Part shown: positions 1 through 13,123 of the stretch, piece by piece
Numbering within the stretch: the first letter of the stretch is position 1
Layout of the letters: every line of letters begins with the position of its first letter
NCBI RefSeq assembly: GCF_009914755.1
Contig: NC_060927.1
Direction: 5' to 3' (one strand)
DNA from: the human T2T-CHM13v2.0 reference genome, Homo sapiens
DNA: 64,000 nt
Program-made: the position numbers and the translations under genes
The notes under the pieces: generated by a model
Seen by the model: only the letters and a program-made list of their open reading frames with translations
Told to the model about the DNA's origin: nothing
The model's database searches: none

Positions 1-159
1 ACTATTCATTCTGATGCTTGGGCCAAACACCTGGCGGTCTGCCTCAACTGTCCCTTCCTTTTAGTCAGATTCTGACCCATCACCACAACCTTTGGGATCT
101 CACTTCCCAGAGAAGTGTTGAGTCCATCCTCTTCTGTCTGTCTCCCCCACAGCCACCTT

Positions 160-720
160 CCTGCATGAATGGGACTCCTCGTAACTGGTCCCTGCTGCCA
201 TGCTGGCCTTGTCATCCTTTCTCCACGTGGCTGCTGGAATGATCTTTTCACAGTGCAAATCCAATAGTACCATCTTGCTTCAAACCCGTCTGTAATTTCT
301 CATTGCTCTTAGCATCCAGGTGACAATAATCCTACAGCCCCTGCACCATGTGGTCCCTGACAGCCCAGCACCTGCCACCACCTGCCAGCCACAGTGGTCT
401 TCTCCAGCCCTGGCATCACCTGTCCCTCCTGCTGTGGGGACTACACAGGTGCAGACCCTCTGCCTGCCACATGCTCCTCTCCAGGATCACCCCTGCTCCC
501 TTTTAGATCTTGACAGCTTGTTCTCAGGGCAGTTCTGCTCATCTTCCCTTCTGCCTCCTGTGGTGCACATTTGAGTAATAGTTTCACAACTTTTGTTGTG
601 ACTATTTGAGTCAAATCTGTTTCCTTCACTAGACTATAACCCACCTGAAGGTAGGAGTGATCTTTGCTCATCGTGGTGTCAACAAAATCCAACCTCCTGC
701 CAGTCACGTAGTGGATGCTC
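160..720. mobile_element. Old L2 (LINE2) fragments
   Basis: L2-like degenerate text ('tgatcttttcacagtgcaaatccaata...cattgctcttag', 'cactagactataacc...gaaggtagg...tctttgctc'); boundaries approximate. Confidence 0.45.
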
Positions 721-729
721 AAACCTCGC

Positions 730-950
730 TCGGTGATGGTGTCTGGAGTGTTGGTGACAGTCGTGATGGCGATGGCAGGGCGGGGGTAGTGTTGGCATGG
801 TTTTGAACGATGAGGGTGTGTTGGTGGAGGTGGAGGTGACGGTGGTGGTGGCGACATGCAAGGGCAGTGGGAACAGTGGTGCGGGAGGTGGCTGAGGGGA
901 TGACGGTGATGATGACAGGGATGATGATGGTGAAGCTAGTGACGGTGATC
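730..950. repeat. Degenerate (GGT/GAT)n low-complexity tract
   Basis: Recurrent ggtgatggt/ggtggtggt/gatgatg triplets. Confidence 0.8.
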
Positions 951-1259
951 ACCTTCCTACACACCAGCATGGCCGACAGACCGTTGAGCAGATTCATGTA
1001 AGGAGGGGAAATGAGGGGCTGATCTGTTCCAATGGCAGCAACCTAAGGAGACCATCCTTCAATCCAGGACTGCCTGGGCTCCTGGCCTCACCACACCCGT
1101 GTGATTTCTTCTCCTTTTGACTCAGCTTGTACCCATTCAATAGTGTTCCTCCTCCCTTTTAACTGAAGTTGGCTGGGGTTGAAGTCTGTCCCTTGTAGCC
1201 AGAGAATGCTAACTGGTGCAGATGAGACGAGGAACGGTGGGGTGAGCTAGATGGGGCCC

Positions 1260-1720
1260 GTTCCTTCCCACCTCCTGCTGGCCTCTCCTCCTCTCTCTGG
1301 CCTCTGAATGTCCTTGGATTTTTCTTCATCTCTGTTCACTCTCTGGGTAATCTTGTCCACTCTCATCCCCTTAATACCATGCTATAAGCTAATAAGTCTC
1401 GAGTATCCATCCCCGGTCCTGACTTTTATCCCGAAGCCAAATCCACGTGTCCGGCTATTTACCAGGCATTTCTTACATGGCTGCCTGTCACACCTCAAAC
1501 TCAGCCTGACCGGCGATGCATGGGACTTTCCTCCAGACACCTGCTCCCTGCACTGTCCTGTGAGCAGCATCTACAACATGTCTTACCAGCAGCCTTGGGG
1601 CCATCCTTGACTCCTGTCCCTCGCCCCTACATCCGATCCACCAGCAAGCCTCATCAGTTCACTTTCCAGATGCAGCCTCCCAATATCCGCCTGCACCGCT
1701 GTGCCTCCCCACGCCGGGGC
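1260..1720. mobile_element. L2 fragment
   Basis: 'cacctcaaactcagcctgacc', 'catccttgactcctgtccct', 'atccgatccaccagcaagcc' resemble the L2 3' region. Confidence 0.55.
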
Positions 1721-4308
1721 CCCAGCAGCCTGCCCCATGCAGCAGCCAGAGCAGTCCAGACAGAACAGAGGCCAGCTCCTCCTCCACCCGCAACTTCCAA
1801 TGGCTGCCCATCTCCTCCACAAGGAACACAGCTCTTCAAAGGGCCCATGAGTCTTCTGACGTGGTGTAGCCTCTACCACCTCTTCTATACCTCCTCACCC
1901 CGTTCGGCTCAGGGGATGCTTTGCTTTTCGGGAGTGCTCCTGCCCCAGGGCCTTGGCACCGGCTGTGCTCTCCACAGGGAATGCCGCCCCGAGCTGCGCC
2001 TGCTTCCTCACTGCCTTCGGGTGGGTGATGATGGAGCCTCTGACCAGGGCACAGGGCCTGGAGGGAGAACCCACAGGATGTGGTGTCTGAGGGAGGCATT
2101 CAGGATGACTCCCAGGTGCCTGGGAAGGGACACAAGATGGGATTGGCTTTGGAGAAGAAGATGCCAAGTGCTTGTGAGGCATGGGGAGAGAGGGGCCATC
2201 CAGGGTGGAGCACTCAGGACACTGCCTGGTAGACCCATCACCTGGAGCCCAAGGCAGAGACCAGACTGGGAGGCAATGCCCCGCCTGGCGACGGCCGCCT
2301 GGGGAGGGCTGACCCCCATCCCGCCACCCCCAGGGCAGCCCCTGCAGTGAGCAGCAGCGACACTCTACTAGTATCCGCCAGCTGCTAGGGAATCCAGCCC
2401 ATGGTAGGCCGCAAAATCAGTGGCTGAGCTGGTGTGAGCAGAGCTGGCACCGCTGACCCAGTTCAGAGAGAAGCGTGGCCACTCTCCTGGGGGACAATTC
2501 CACAGCCAGCCCTGCCTAGCTGGCAGCTGACAGCGGATCAATAAGCCCAATTACTGATTACCTTTTTAATCAAATATCAACGTACAGCAAGTATGACAAT
2601 CAGCCTCTTGCAATTACGGCTCCTGCCTGCCTTTCCTAGAGGGATGCTTGGAGGGCCCAGCTCCAGGACCACACAGGTTGGGGGGCTACGCCACAGCCAT
2701 GCCGTGGGAGAGCCGGGGGGACTCAGCAGCACAGCAGGGCCACGCTGGGCTGTTTGCTCCCTCTCCTATGGCCACGGGAATTCTGGGGCCACCAGCCCGA
2801 TCTCCTTTAGCGACAAAGGGCAGAGCTTTCTCCAGTCACCTCCATGCTCAAATGAGCCCCGCTTTGTGCTGGGCAAACTGGGGTCAGATCAGAAACTGTC
2901 CCTGCCCTCAAGAGCTGGACCCAGACCCAGGCAACTTGAATGCCAGATGAAGATATTCAGGAACCTGCAGGTAGAGAAGGACTTGTTCCTGGGATCCCAG
3001 GGAGGGAGAAACAGGGGAAACACAGGCCGCAGAAAACACGCAGCTCCAGCCGCCCTTGATAGGGAAGCGTTGAAGGGACGCTCCTGGGGATGGGAGCCGA
3101 GTGGCTGGGGGATGGCTGAGTGGGTATGGCGAGGCTCAAGGTAGTGGGAGGTGGCCAAAGCCAGCAGCGACCCAGGAACCTGAAGGAGACTCGTGCCCTC
3201 ACCACCACCCCAGAACCCCACGACCCCAGGGGTTTCCTGACCGGCTGCTCGGGTGACCGCAGGCATAACCACGGCGCCCGGGGGCTTGAGTGACTGGCGG
3301 TGCCAGGTTCCTGCTTTGGGGTGTGACAGCGCAGTGTGGTTGGCGGGCAGGTGGCCCCAGCCCCGCGCTGCCCAGCACCCGTGCTCCCAAGCCCCATGGA
3401 GGGCAGGCCTGTCCCCAGGCCACACCCCACCGAGCTAGGGAGTGCCAGGCCCAGGGACATGGCCCCAGGGATGGGGAGGGACGCTCAGCAATGTTGCCTG
3501 AGGTCACACTCAACCTTTGGTGAGTCCTGGACCCCTCTGAGATGCTGATGGAGGCTGTGATCATATCTTTTCTTAAAACAAAACAAAACTACCTGTGGAC
3601 TCACATCTCCACATGGTCTGCATCCTGGGTCCCCAGGGGCCAGCTGCCCCTCTGTATCCTCTGCTCTGAGCTGTGATCCTGGGCCCTCCTGGGGACCCAG
3701 ACCCAGACCATTCCCAGGGTTAAACTGAAGGGTGACTAATGCCTCTAGACAGACGAGATGCCACAGCCAGGGCTCTGGGACAAGGGACACAGCCTTGGGG
3801 AGGAACCGCTGGGAGTGTCTCCAGAGCCAGGGGAAAAAGATAGAGAAAGCCAGTCCCAGAGAGAGGCAGGGACAAACCTGAGGTCTCCAGCAGGGGGGCC
3901 AAGCGGTCCTGCACCCTCCCAGCCTTGGCCACATGCAGGCACTGGCTCTTCTGCTCAGGAACCCCCAGCCCTGCCCCCACATCCCACCTCCCAGGTCCTG
4001 CTGCCAAGCTCCTGCCACATGGGCCTCCTCCCAGCCCTGCCTCTCAGCCCTAGCCTCCTGGTCTCTCCTCCTTTGCTCTGCATCCCAGGCACAATCTACC
4101 TCCTCCCCAGGAGGCTCCTCTTCAGGGACAGGCACTAGGGGCAGGTCCTGCCCAGGGATCCAGGCATTCGAGTGCCCCTCCCTGAGCAACCTGGAATATG
4201 GTTCCCCCAGGCGGGAGGCCATTTGAGGAGTAGGTGGCTTTGAGCCAGCCTCTCAACAGCCCCTCTGTCCAGCCCTGTGGGGAGATCACCTCTTCTCTCT
4301 GCAGGCTC

Positions 4309-4782
4309 TGTGGTGGGTGGAACAATGTCCCCTCCCCACAAAGATGTCTTCGTCCTAATCCCCAGAACCTGTGTGTTCCCTTAGATTGCAAAAGGGACTT
4401 TGCAGATGTGACTGAGTGAAGGATCTTGAGACAAGAAGACTATACATGATCATCCAGGTGGGCCCTAGATGTAATCCCAAGGGCACTTACAAGAGGAAAC
4501 AGAAGGGTCAGAGTCAGAAAAGGAGACTGGAGGATGCTGTGCTGCTGGCTTTGAAGATGGGGGAAGGGACCACCAGCCAAGGAATGCAGGTGGCCTCTGG
4601 GCTGGAAAAGGCCAGGAGACGGGTCCTCCCTTGGACACTTCAAGAGGAAGACACCTTGATTTTAGCCCAGGGAGACACATTTGGGACTTCTGGCTTCTAG
4701 AACTGTAGGACAATAAATTTGGGTTGCTTTAAACCACAAAGTTTGTAGTAATTTTCTACAGAAGCAATAGAAAGTGATTGCA
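4309..4782 (+). mobile_element. MLT1 (ERVL-MaLR) solo LTR, MLT1D-like
   Basis: TG..CA ends; 'aaagggactttgcagatgtg', 'aaggatcttgaga', 'gccaaggaatgcaggtggcctct', 'aataaattt...gtttgtagtaatttt...acagaagcaatagaaa'. Confidence 0.85.
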
Positions 4783-7049
4783 GGCTCCTTTTCTGAAAAA
4801 CCCAAAAGACAGTGAAAGAGAATTGCAAAAGAGAGGACGCGCTGGGGTGAGGAGGGACCCAAGCAAAGCCCAAGCGTGGCCTCAGAGGCAGCAGGAAGCA
4901 GGTGGGCTGCCTGCACCCTTGTCCCAGCCCCCAGGCCCCTGAGGTCCCTGGAGTAGTCCACTTCACAGAGAAAGAGAGTGGAATGGGGGGCACCAGGAGC
5001 TAGGGGGTGCAGAGTTAGAGGTGAGTGAGGACAGCTTCCATTTGGGAAGAGGAAAGAGTCCTGAGACGGATGGTGGTGAGGGCAACAGAGCAGTGCAAAT
5101 GTGCTTCATGCCTCTTAGTTGTCCACGTAAAAATGGTGAAATGGTAAATCGTGTTGTGGGTATTTTACCACAATTAAACAAATACAAAAATAGCCCATTG
5201 ATGGTAAAAGAGAGAGGTGGGAGGCGGTAAAGGACGAGGCTGGAGAAGAGGTTGGACCCCATGCGAGCCTGTGGGTCCCAACTGGGGTTTGGACTTTGTC
5301 CAGGATCTTGGTGAGGAGTGTGGAGGCTTCCACCCGCGGACAGAGCGGGCAGTTTGAATTTGTCCTTAAGACCTTGGAGTGGATTTTAATATTTCCCTGT
5401 GAGCCACTCTGGGGAGTTTGGACTTCAGACTCATGATGATGAATGATCCATGCCCTCAGCAAGAAGCAGAGCACCTTGGTATTTTCTGAAGGCTGGAAGG
5501 GATGTGCCCAGGTCAGAAGATGGCTCGGGCCGTGGGGAGGCCACCTCTGACAAGCTGGTGCTGGTGCCCAGGGCCCAGGGAGGAGGCTGGGGCAGGGATC
5601 GGGTGCATTGGAAACTGAGCATCTGCAGAGCCCCGGGGCCACCAGGGAAGCATCCAGTGGACAGTGCTGTGCAGACCTGAAGTCTGAGTCCCAGTCTTAT
5701 GCTGAGGTTGCCAGTAGAGGTGTAGCCCTGATTCATAGCCTGTATTTTGAGGCCCATGTTGTGAACTGGGCACTGGGAACAAGCTGTGAGCAGCACCCAC
5801 CTCCCAGGGCCTCGAGCTAGCTCCTGGTGGGTGCAAGGCACAGGCAGAACCAGGCTGTGGGGTGGCATAGGCAGGGTGGCAGTGGGGTTGGTGCAGGTGG
5901 CAGGGAGTCGCTCCGGGGAGAAACAGCATCTGCAAAGGTAGAAGGGCAGGGCTGAGGCATGCCAGCCCGAGCCTGGTGAAGGGTTCTGAGCAGTGGTGGC
6001 TGGCAGAGCAGAGTCCAGACGTCTCGCCTCCTTCTCTGCTGTCTCCTGGCACCTTCCCAAGTCCCAGCACACAGAGGTGATGATAAATGCTTGCTGGGAT
6101 AAGTTAGATGGGGGCTGTTGTTCCGGGCCCCTGTTCTGGGAGGGATTGGACGACTCTGTCCTGTGAAATGGGCATACAGATGCCCACCGGGTAGGGCTCC
6201 CTGGAAGGCAGATGACAGTGAGTGGACAAAGCCCAATGCAGGCGCTCAGTGCCACCCTCCATCTGCAAGATGAAGTGAGTATTGGCAAATCTAGACGATG
6301 TGATTGTTGTAAAAGCCAGACCGAGGGCCCTGGGAGTTGTCTGTGGAAGCAGTGGACATCCCAGCTCTGAGCTGAGCTTGGTTCCCTGTCCGGCCAGGGA
6401 GGGGCTGTGAGGTCTATGACCCTGGCATGGCAGAGTGGGCAGACTGGGGAGGCCTGAACTTCCTACCAAGACCCTTCCCCAGCAGACAAGAGGAGAATCT
6501 CCTGCTCAGTGGCAGGCTGCTGGGGGAGAGGGGACAGGCAGGCCACCTGGGGCCGGGTAGGCAGCGAGGCGGGAAGGCAGCCGTCTCACACCCTCCCCCA
6601 GCCCCCTCCAGGGGCTCCATCTCCACCCCTCACCTGGGCACCTCGAGCTATCTCCCTGGCTCCTTGGCATCTCTGTGTCTCCATGGTCCCTGGGTCTCCG
6701 GAATCCCAGTCTCCCCTTCCTTCTGTGTCTCTCCCTGTCTCTGTCACCGTGTCTCGTTGCTCCCAGTTCTCCTGCCCTCCCCGTCCCGCCCACCACAATC
6801 CCCTCCAGCCCACTTGGTGCCCTTATCTGGGTCTGCCCCGCACAATTGCTGGGAGCCCATCCCCATGACAACGGGGCAGATGGCGGCTGCGATTAACCAC
6901 TCTCCCTCCCTCCGCAGCTCAATCCGTCTTTGAAATTAAATCAGCTGCGATAACATCGACCGGCCAGAGGGAGGGAAGGCGGGCAGGAGGCTGCCTGCGC
7001 CCCACCCACCCTGCCCCAGGCCCAGTGCAGAGGGAGAGGAAGAGGGGTG

Positions 7050-7145
7050 CAGAACTGGTTCTCACTGTGGCCCTGTGACCTTGAGCACGTCTCTCGCCCT
7101 CTGAGCCTCAGTTTCTGCATCTGCAAAATGGGGGTGAACAGTCAT
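7050..7145 (+). mobile_element. MIR core
   Basis: 'tgtgaccttgagca...ctctgagcctcagtttctgcatctgcaaaatgggg'. Confidence 0.75.
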
Positions 7146-8196
7146 ATCTCTTGCTTGGCTCGGTGGAAGGCGTGGGGGAGGTTGTGCAGTAGGCTGAGAA
7201 CACTGTACCTGCCCACCCAGTCCATGCAGAAGCCTGAGCCCCAGTGGGCAACCCCTGCCTGGCCAGGCCTTAGGGGCCAAGGCCAATTGAGTAAACCAGC
7301 TCCTCGTGGCTGAGAGGCCACAGGCCTGGGTCCCCACCTGCTCTGCAAGCCCAGCGCATCTCCCAGGGCCTTGACACTCTAACTTGTAAAATGCTCCAGC
7401 TTCATTGAATCCTTGCTTAGATGCCATCTTGTCCACTCCCTCCCCCACAGCATTTTGGTCCCTTCAGACAGCCAGGGCCCTCACAGGATGTATGGACCCA
7501 GGAGTGGAGGGTGGAGAAGATGGAGACCTGCCCCGGTTTGAGACCTCCCAAGGAAGTAGCAATCAGTGGGGTTCGCTGGGTGGGCTGTGGGTCCCAGGCA
7601 ATGGGGTCAGCATGTTCGAAAGCTGGAGGTGGGAGGCAGGGTGGGGCCAGAGCACAGAAAGCAAGAGAGAGCGGGGAGGCGCGCCTGGATTTGAGGCGAG
7701 GGAAGGCTGCGTGTGATCCAGAGCAGGGCTCTGGGTGGAGGTCACAGCCAGCTCAGAGGCCCCATGCAGGAACACGCCAGTGTGAGTAGGAAGGGGAGGA
7801 GGCCGGGGGCTGGAGCAAAGAGTGATGGGGAAGCCGAGGCGGTCACTGTGCAGGCTGGGGAAGGGCCTGTGGGCCGCCTTGGGGACAGCAGCTTCCACTC
7901 CTGAGTGTTCCACAAAGCTCAGGCTTTCACAGAATCCTTCTGGCTGCTGGGATATAAACAGGATGAAAGAGGGAAGGGAGGAGGCCAGGGAGGAGGCTGG
8001 CGTGATGTCCAGTGGGTGACAATGACCCAACTGGGACACGGCCATCATCTTCGCGGGGAGCTACACTCTGCAGTGTCCCCTGCCCCTCTGCTGAGCTCTG
8101 CTTGGAGAATCCACGCTGGGATGGGGCCTGGGGCAGCAGAGGAGCCTCAGCGGACTCCACTTAGTGTGCCGCACAAGGTGCGGCCAGCCTCAGCCT

Positions 8197-8310
8197 GGCT
8201 CTGAAAGTAGCTCACAGACCCCTCACTGCCCCGCCCGGCTCTGAAAGTGGCTCCCGGACCTCTCACTGCCCCATCTGGCTCCGAAAGTGGCTCCCAGGAC
8301 ACCTCGCTGC
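8197..8310. repeat. 40-bp minisatellite, ~2.8 copies
   Basis: ggctc(t/c)gaaagt(a/g)gctc recurs at 8197, 8237 and 8277. Confidence 0.9.
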
Positions 8311-9924
8311 TTCAGACTTGGCCCCCAGACACACAGCCCAGCCTAAAAGAGACTCCAGGAAAGGCCAGAATGGCCTGCCGCAGCAGTGCAGCTTGGCAAG
8401 GCCTCCTCAAGAAAGTGACACAGAGTGGGGGCCTCCTGGGATGACTTTAACAAGCCGAAGGAGATGGGAAGGGCGGCCCAGGCACGGGCAACAGCGTGAT
8501 GCTGCAGCAGAAAGGGCCTGGAGCCAGCAGTGCTGTGGGGCAGGCCCTGGGCCTTGAGTGCCGCGTGGGGGTTGGACTTAACCCCAGACGTGCTCCTGAG
8601 GAAGTCACTTAAGCTGCCAGGCTTCAGCTTCTCTGTCTGTAAAGTGGGGCTAAAGGTGGACACAGGGATTCCGCCAGGTGTCACATGCTCGGCTGAGTGG
8701 GTCAGTGGCTGGGGTCCCGGAGGCATTTGAGCAGGGGATGCCATGTCGGGTCTGGTTGGAGAGAGCTGGTGCCAGCTCCAGGTGTGAGGCTGGGCAACAG
8801 GAAGGAAGCAGAGAGCCGGGAGTCCTGGGGTGTTTGGGGACCGGTGCTGTGCAAGCACCCAGGTTTCTGCTGTGCACCCAGCACTAGGACTGTGGCCGCC
8901 TGGGCTGCTGGGCTGTAATTGGATTTGCTCAGCAGCTGCCTGTGCTAAGCAGACCCACTTGACGCAGCCACAGCTGGCCAGTAATTGGTGAAATTAGCAA
9001 GTCGGCGGGGACAGAGGTCAGGTGGTTAATGCTGTAGTGGGGGCTTTGATGAAGTTAGTCCCAGGGAAGGACTGGGACCTGGGGTTTGACCTTCTGCGTG
9101 TCACAGGGCTCTCCTGCCCTGCCTGTAACGTGGTTAGGGGACCTCCAGCTGCCGGCTTGTCCCAGGGGCTCTCAGAGGCAGAACCCAGGGAGCCACAACC
9201 TGGCCCGAGCCTCAAGATGCAGCCGCAGCGCCAAGTTGCCGACTGTGTCCTCTAGGCCGAGACACATGCTGAAGCCAAGGGAGCCTTTCAAGCCCTAAAG
9301 ATCTTGGGGTGATGCCCCTTGTCTTCCTGGAAGAGGACTTCAGCAGGCTTCCCTTGGAGAAAAGCAGCAGGCCCGCCTCCCAGCCTCTCCATCCCTCGTG
9401 AGTGCCCCTCAGACCAGCTCTGCATCTGGAAATGGGATGAGTTCTTCACTGGGTGTTCCCCTTATTCAACCAAGCCTCACCCTCCCGGCTAGGTTAAAGG
9501 CTTCCCAGTGTCTTCTCCTGTCCTGAGCTCCAGAGAGTGTCCTCTGAGCATGCTGCTTGGTTCCTGCTCTTCCCTGACACAGTGCTCCTCCCTTCTTTCA
9601 TTTCATATCATTTATTGGGCACCTACTAGATGCCACGAGCTGGGCTGGGAGTTGGGATGCAGAAATGAGCAAAATCTGACCAGATCCTAGTCGACTTGGT
9701 GCTACGCCTTTTGTGGCCATGCCACATCACCTTGCCCCAGCCAGGGAGCCAGAGACCCTGTCACTGACCATCCTTTAACCCCCAAACCTGGAATCACCTC
9801 CTTTTTGGCTTCTACTCCAGCCCCAAGGAACAAGGAATTGCCACCTGCACTCAAGCACTCAAACGCATCTCCCTGGGCTGTCACCGCCAGCATCATCATC
9901 ATCATCACCACCATTTTAAAGGCA

Positions 9925-10085
9925 GGTCCTTTGGAGTCAACACCTGGGGTGATATTCTAGCATAGCCACTTGCCAGCTGTGTGACTCTCTCCTCTCCAGA
10001 CCTCAGTTTCCTCTTGGATAATGTGGGGTCAATGACCCCTGTCTGGGAGGGTTGTGGACAGTTGTGGGCATTAAATGGAACCCTG
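9925..10085 (+). mobile_element. MIR
   Basis: 'ctttggagtcaacacctggg...ccacttgccagctgtgtgact...cctcagtttcctctt...aatgtgggg'. Confidence 0.7.
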
Positions 10086-10240
10086 TATAGCCACCTTCCT
10101 GGCCTTCTTGCTGTTCTCCAAACAGGGGCAGGCGTGTTCCTGCCCCAGGCTTTTGCGCTTGCTGTTCCCTCTGCCCAGAACGCTTTTTCCCCAGATGGCC
10201 TTATGGTCCAGCACCTCACCTTCATTCCAGTTCCTGATAG

Positions 10241-10613
<373 letters not shown>

Positions 10614-10924
10614 AGGCCACTCTGTTGAGTGTTGAGTGACTCAACACTCCCCTGCCCACTCCCTGAGCCCCCTTCTCAGTCAGCTCACCTGCCCATTTCC
10701 TCTCCGGCGTTCATTGCTAGTGGGGACCATGTTCTGCACACCTGTTTTTCATGCGTCTCCCTCAACTAGAATACTAACCACATGAGGGTAGGGGTCTGCC
10801 TGTTTTGTTCCTTGCTGTATCCCCAGTGTCTAACAGGTGCTCAATCAATATTTCTTGAATTGCATCCAATTAATAGTGCCTGACACATCTGTGAGTTTGA
10901 GATTGTTTCACAGTAAAATGTTAC

Positions 10925-11225
10925 TTTTTTTGAGGAGGAGTCTTGCTCTGTTGCCCAGACTGGAGTGCAAGTGGCATGATCTCAGCTCACTGCAACCTCC
11001 ACCCCCTGGGTTTAAGAAATTCTCCTGTCTCAGCCTCTGGAGTAGCTGTGGTTACAGGCACTCACCACCACGCCCGGCTAATTTTTGTATATATTTTTTA
11101 TTTTTAGTACAGATGGTTGTTTCACCACGTTGGCCAGGCTGGTCTTGAACTCCTGACCTCATGATCCGCCCGTCTCAGCCTCCCAAAGTGCTGGGATTAC
11201 AGGCGTGAGCCACCGCACCCAGCCT
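10925..11225 (-). mobile_element. AluS element
   Basis: Alu dimer; TSD agtaaaa(t/c)gttactttt at 10912-10928 and 11229-11245. Confidence 0.95.
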
Positions 11226-12052
11226 CAAAGTAAAACGTTACTTTTAAAATACATACTTTTTAAAGATTGGCACTCAGCAGGACTCAGGTCATCAGGACAG
11301 AGTCCCCTTTCCTTTTTAGCACCGGCACCCTCCCGTGACGGGGAGCTCACTCACCCTCCGAGGGGGTCAGCCTGGCTCTGACTTGGGGAAACCTCTGGCT
11401 CCATGTGGCTGAGACCTGCTCCCTGGGATCCTGCCCCCACCCATGGATGCCAGGCCTGAAGATGAGTGGGCACTCGCCAGGGAGCGTGGCCTGTACAAAG
11501 GCCCTGGGGCTGCAGGGTGTGTGGTGCAGTGCAACAACTGGGGAGGCCAGCACGGTGGGAGGTCAGAGACCAGAGACAGAAGGCCGGGGCAGGTGGGTGG
11601 GCCCAGGTCACCAGGCCCTTGTGGTGAGGATGAGATGTGCAGTCCTTATGCTTAGCGCAGGGAGAGCCTGATTTAAAGCTACCAGGCAACGTGACTGAAC
11701 GTGGGTTTGGCACAGCTGTCCCGGGAAGAACTTATGCGGGTGGGTAGAAAGGGGAAGGCTGAGAACGGGAGCAGCAAGGCCTGTGCAGATGGCAGGGGCC
11801 AGCAGTAGAGAGTGGATAGGGGTCAGGGTTGGGTTTGAGGTAATCAGGACAGGGCAGCCACGTTATTTGTCAACCCAGATGGTGGGCACAGGAGAGATGA
11901 CAGTCCCCCTGCAGAACCACCCCTGGCTTCCTGATAGAAACAGCCCAGGCCCTGGAGGCAGCACCCACTCCCTCCTTCATGTTCACTAGGCTGGAGCTGG
12001 CCCCATGTCCCCACAAAGCTGAGAAAGCTATGCCATGAACTCACTTGGCACA

Positions 12053-12058
12053 TTTATT
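12053..12058 (-). terminator. DNAJB8: DNAJB8 polyadenylation signal AATAAA
   Basis: tttatt on plus strand, ~90 nt downstream of the DNAJB8 stop. Confidence 0.75.
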
Positions 12059-12145
12059 AACCATCAGGCTATGTCTGCGGCCCCACGTGTTTGCTGCCCC
12101 ATGCACGGTGGTGGTGGTGGGAAGGCAGGGCCGGGTGGCCAGCGC

Positions 12146-12844
12146 CTACTTGCTGTCCATCCATTTGAGCTGCTCCTTGCCGTTCACAGTCACCGACTTG
12201 AGCTGCCCGTCTTCCTCCACCTCCACGCGCTCCTGCCCGTTCTCCACGATGCGCTTGGTGGTGACCTTGTGGCCATTGATCATCTCGGTGGACGACATCA
12301 CCGACTTGAACCCCGAGCTGCCAGAACTGGAGCCCCCGAAGGAGGTGGATGAGAAGGTGGTGTGGCTGCCCCCGCTGCAGCCCAGCATGTTGAAGGATGA
12401 GAAGGCCTCCATGAAGGCCGGAAATTCTCCAAAGCCTGCCGAGAAGGCCCCCCTCAGGCCATGGCCCCGGCCACCACGGTCACTATTGAATGGGCTGTCC
12501 CAGAACTCAAAGGAGAAAGGGTCCAGGCCACCGAAAAACTCCCGGAAGATGTCCTCAGGGTTACGGAAGGTGTAGCCGGTGTCGAAGGGGCTGTGGTAGG
12601 GCGTGCTGGCCCCGCCACCAGCCCGCCAGCTGTCACAGCCAGCACGGTCATACAGGGAGCGTTTCTTGGAGTCAGACAGAACCTCATAGGCCTCAGACAC
12701 CAGCTTGAACTTCTTCTCCGCCTCCTCCTTATTGTCAGGGTTCTTGTCGGGGTGCCAACGAAGGGCCAGCTTGCGGTAGGCTTTCTTGATGTCCTCCGGG
12801 GAAGCGCTGGCCTGCACGCCCAGCACTTCGTAGTAGTTAGCCAT
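12146..12844 (-). CDS. DNAJB8: DnaJ/Hsp40 homolog subfamily B member 8 (232 aa), single coding exon
   Basis: [10 protein letters not shown]...WHPDKNP J-domain with HPD motif, G/F region with DIF motif, S/T-rich region, C-terminal [23 protein letters not shown] domain; Kozak GCCATGG. Confidence 0.98.
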   Translation of the reverse strand: MANYYEVLGVQASASPEDIKKAYRKLALRWHPDKNPDNKEEAEKKFKLVSEAYEVLSDSKKRSLYDRAGCDSWRAGGGASTPYHSPFDTGYTFRNPEDIFREFFGGLDPFSFEFWDSPFNSDRGGRGHGLRGAFSAGFGEFPAFMEAFSSFNMLGCSGGSHTTFSSTSFGGSSSGSSGFKSVMSSTEMINGHKVTTKRIVENGQERVEVEEDGQLKSVTVNGKEQLKWMDSK

Positions 12845-13123
12845 GGCCAGGGGTGTGGGTGAGAGGAGAGGGAACGTGGAGGCCAGGTGGGCGCAGGGGC
12901 CCAGCTGGTCAGATGGACGGGGGAGAAGTGGCCGGTGGTCTGGGGCCCTTCAGCAGGGGCCTGGCTGGACTCCGCAAGCTCTAGGCAAGATTCTGCCCAG
13001 GAGTTCACCTTTTCGTAGTACCAATTCTCAGGGACTGGAGGGGCCCCCACTGAGAGGAGTGGGGGGAGGGGAGGGACACTGCCGCTGTGGGGCCAGGCCA
13101 GAGTGGGCTGCCCTCCAGAGCTC

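Noticed and set aside
1520-6288. ORFs of 245-285 aa (1520-2350, 3485-4222, 5431-6288)
   Set aside because: No recognisable domains; GC-rich or L2/MIR-derived; lengths expected by chance
12045-13050. ORFs overlapping DNAJB8 in other frames or the opposite strand
   Set aside because: Shadow ORFs from high GC3 codon usage of the real CDS
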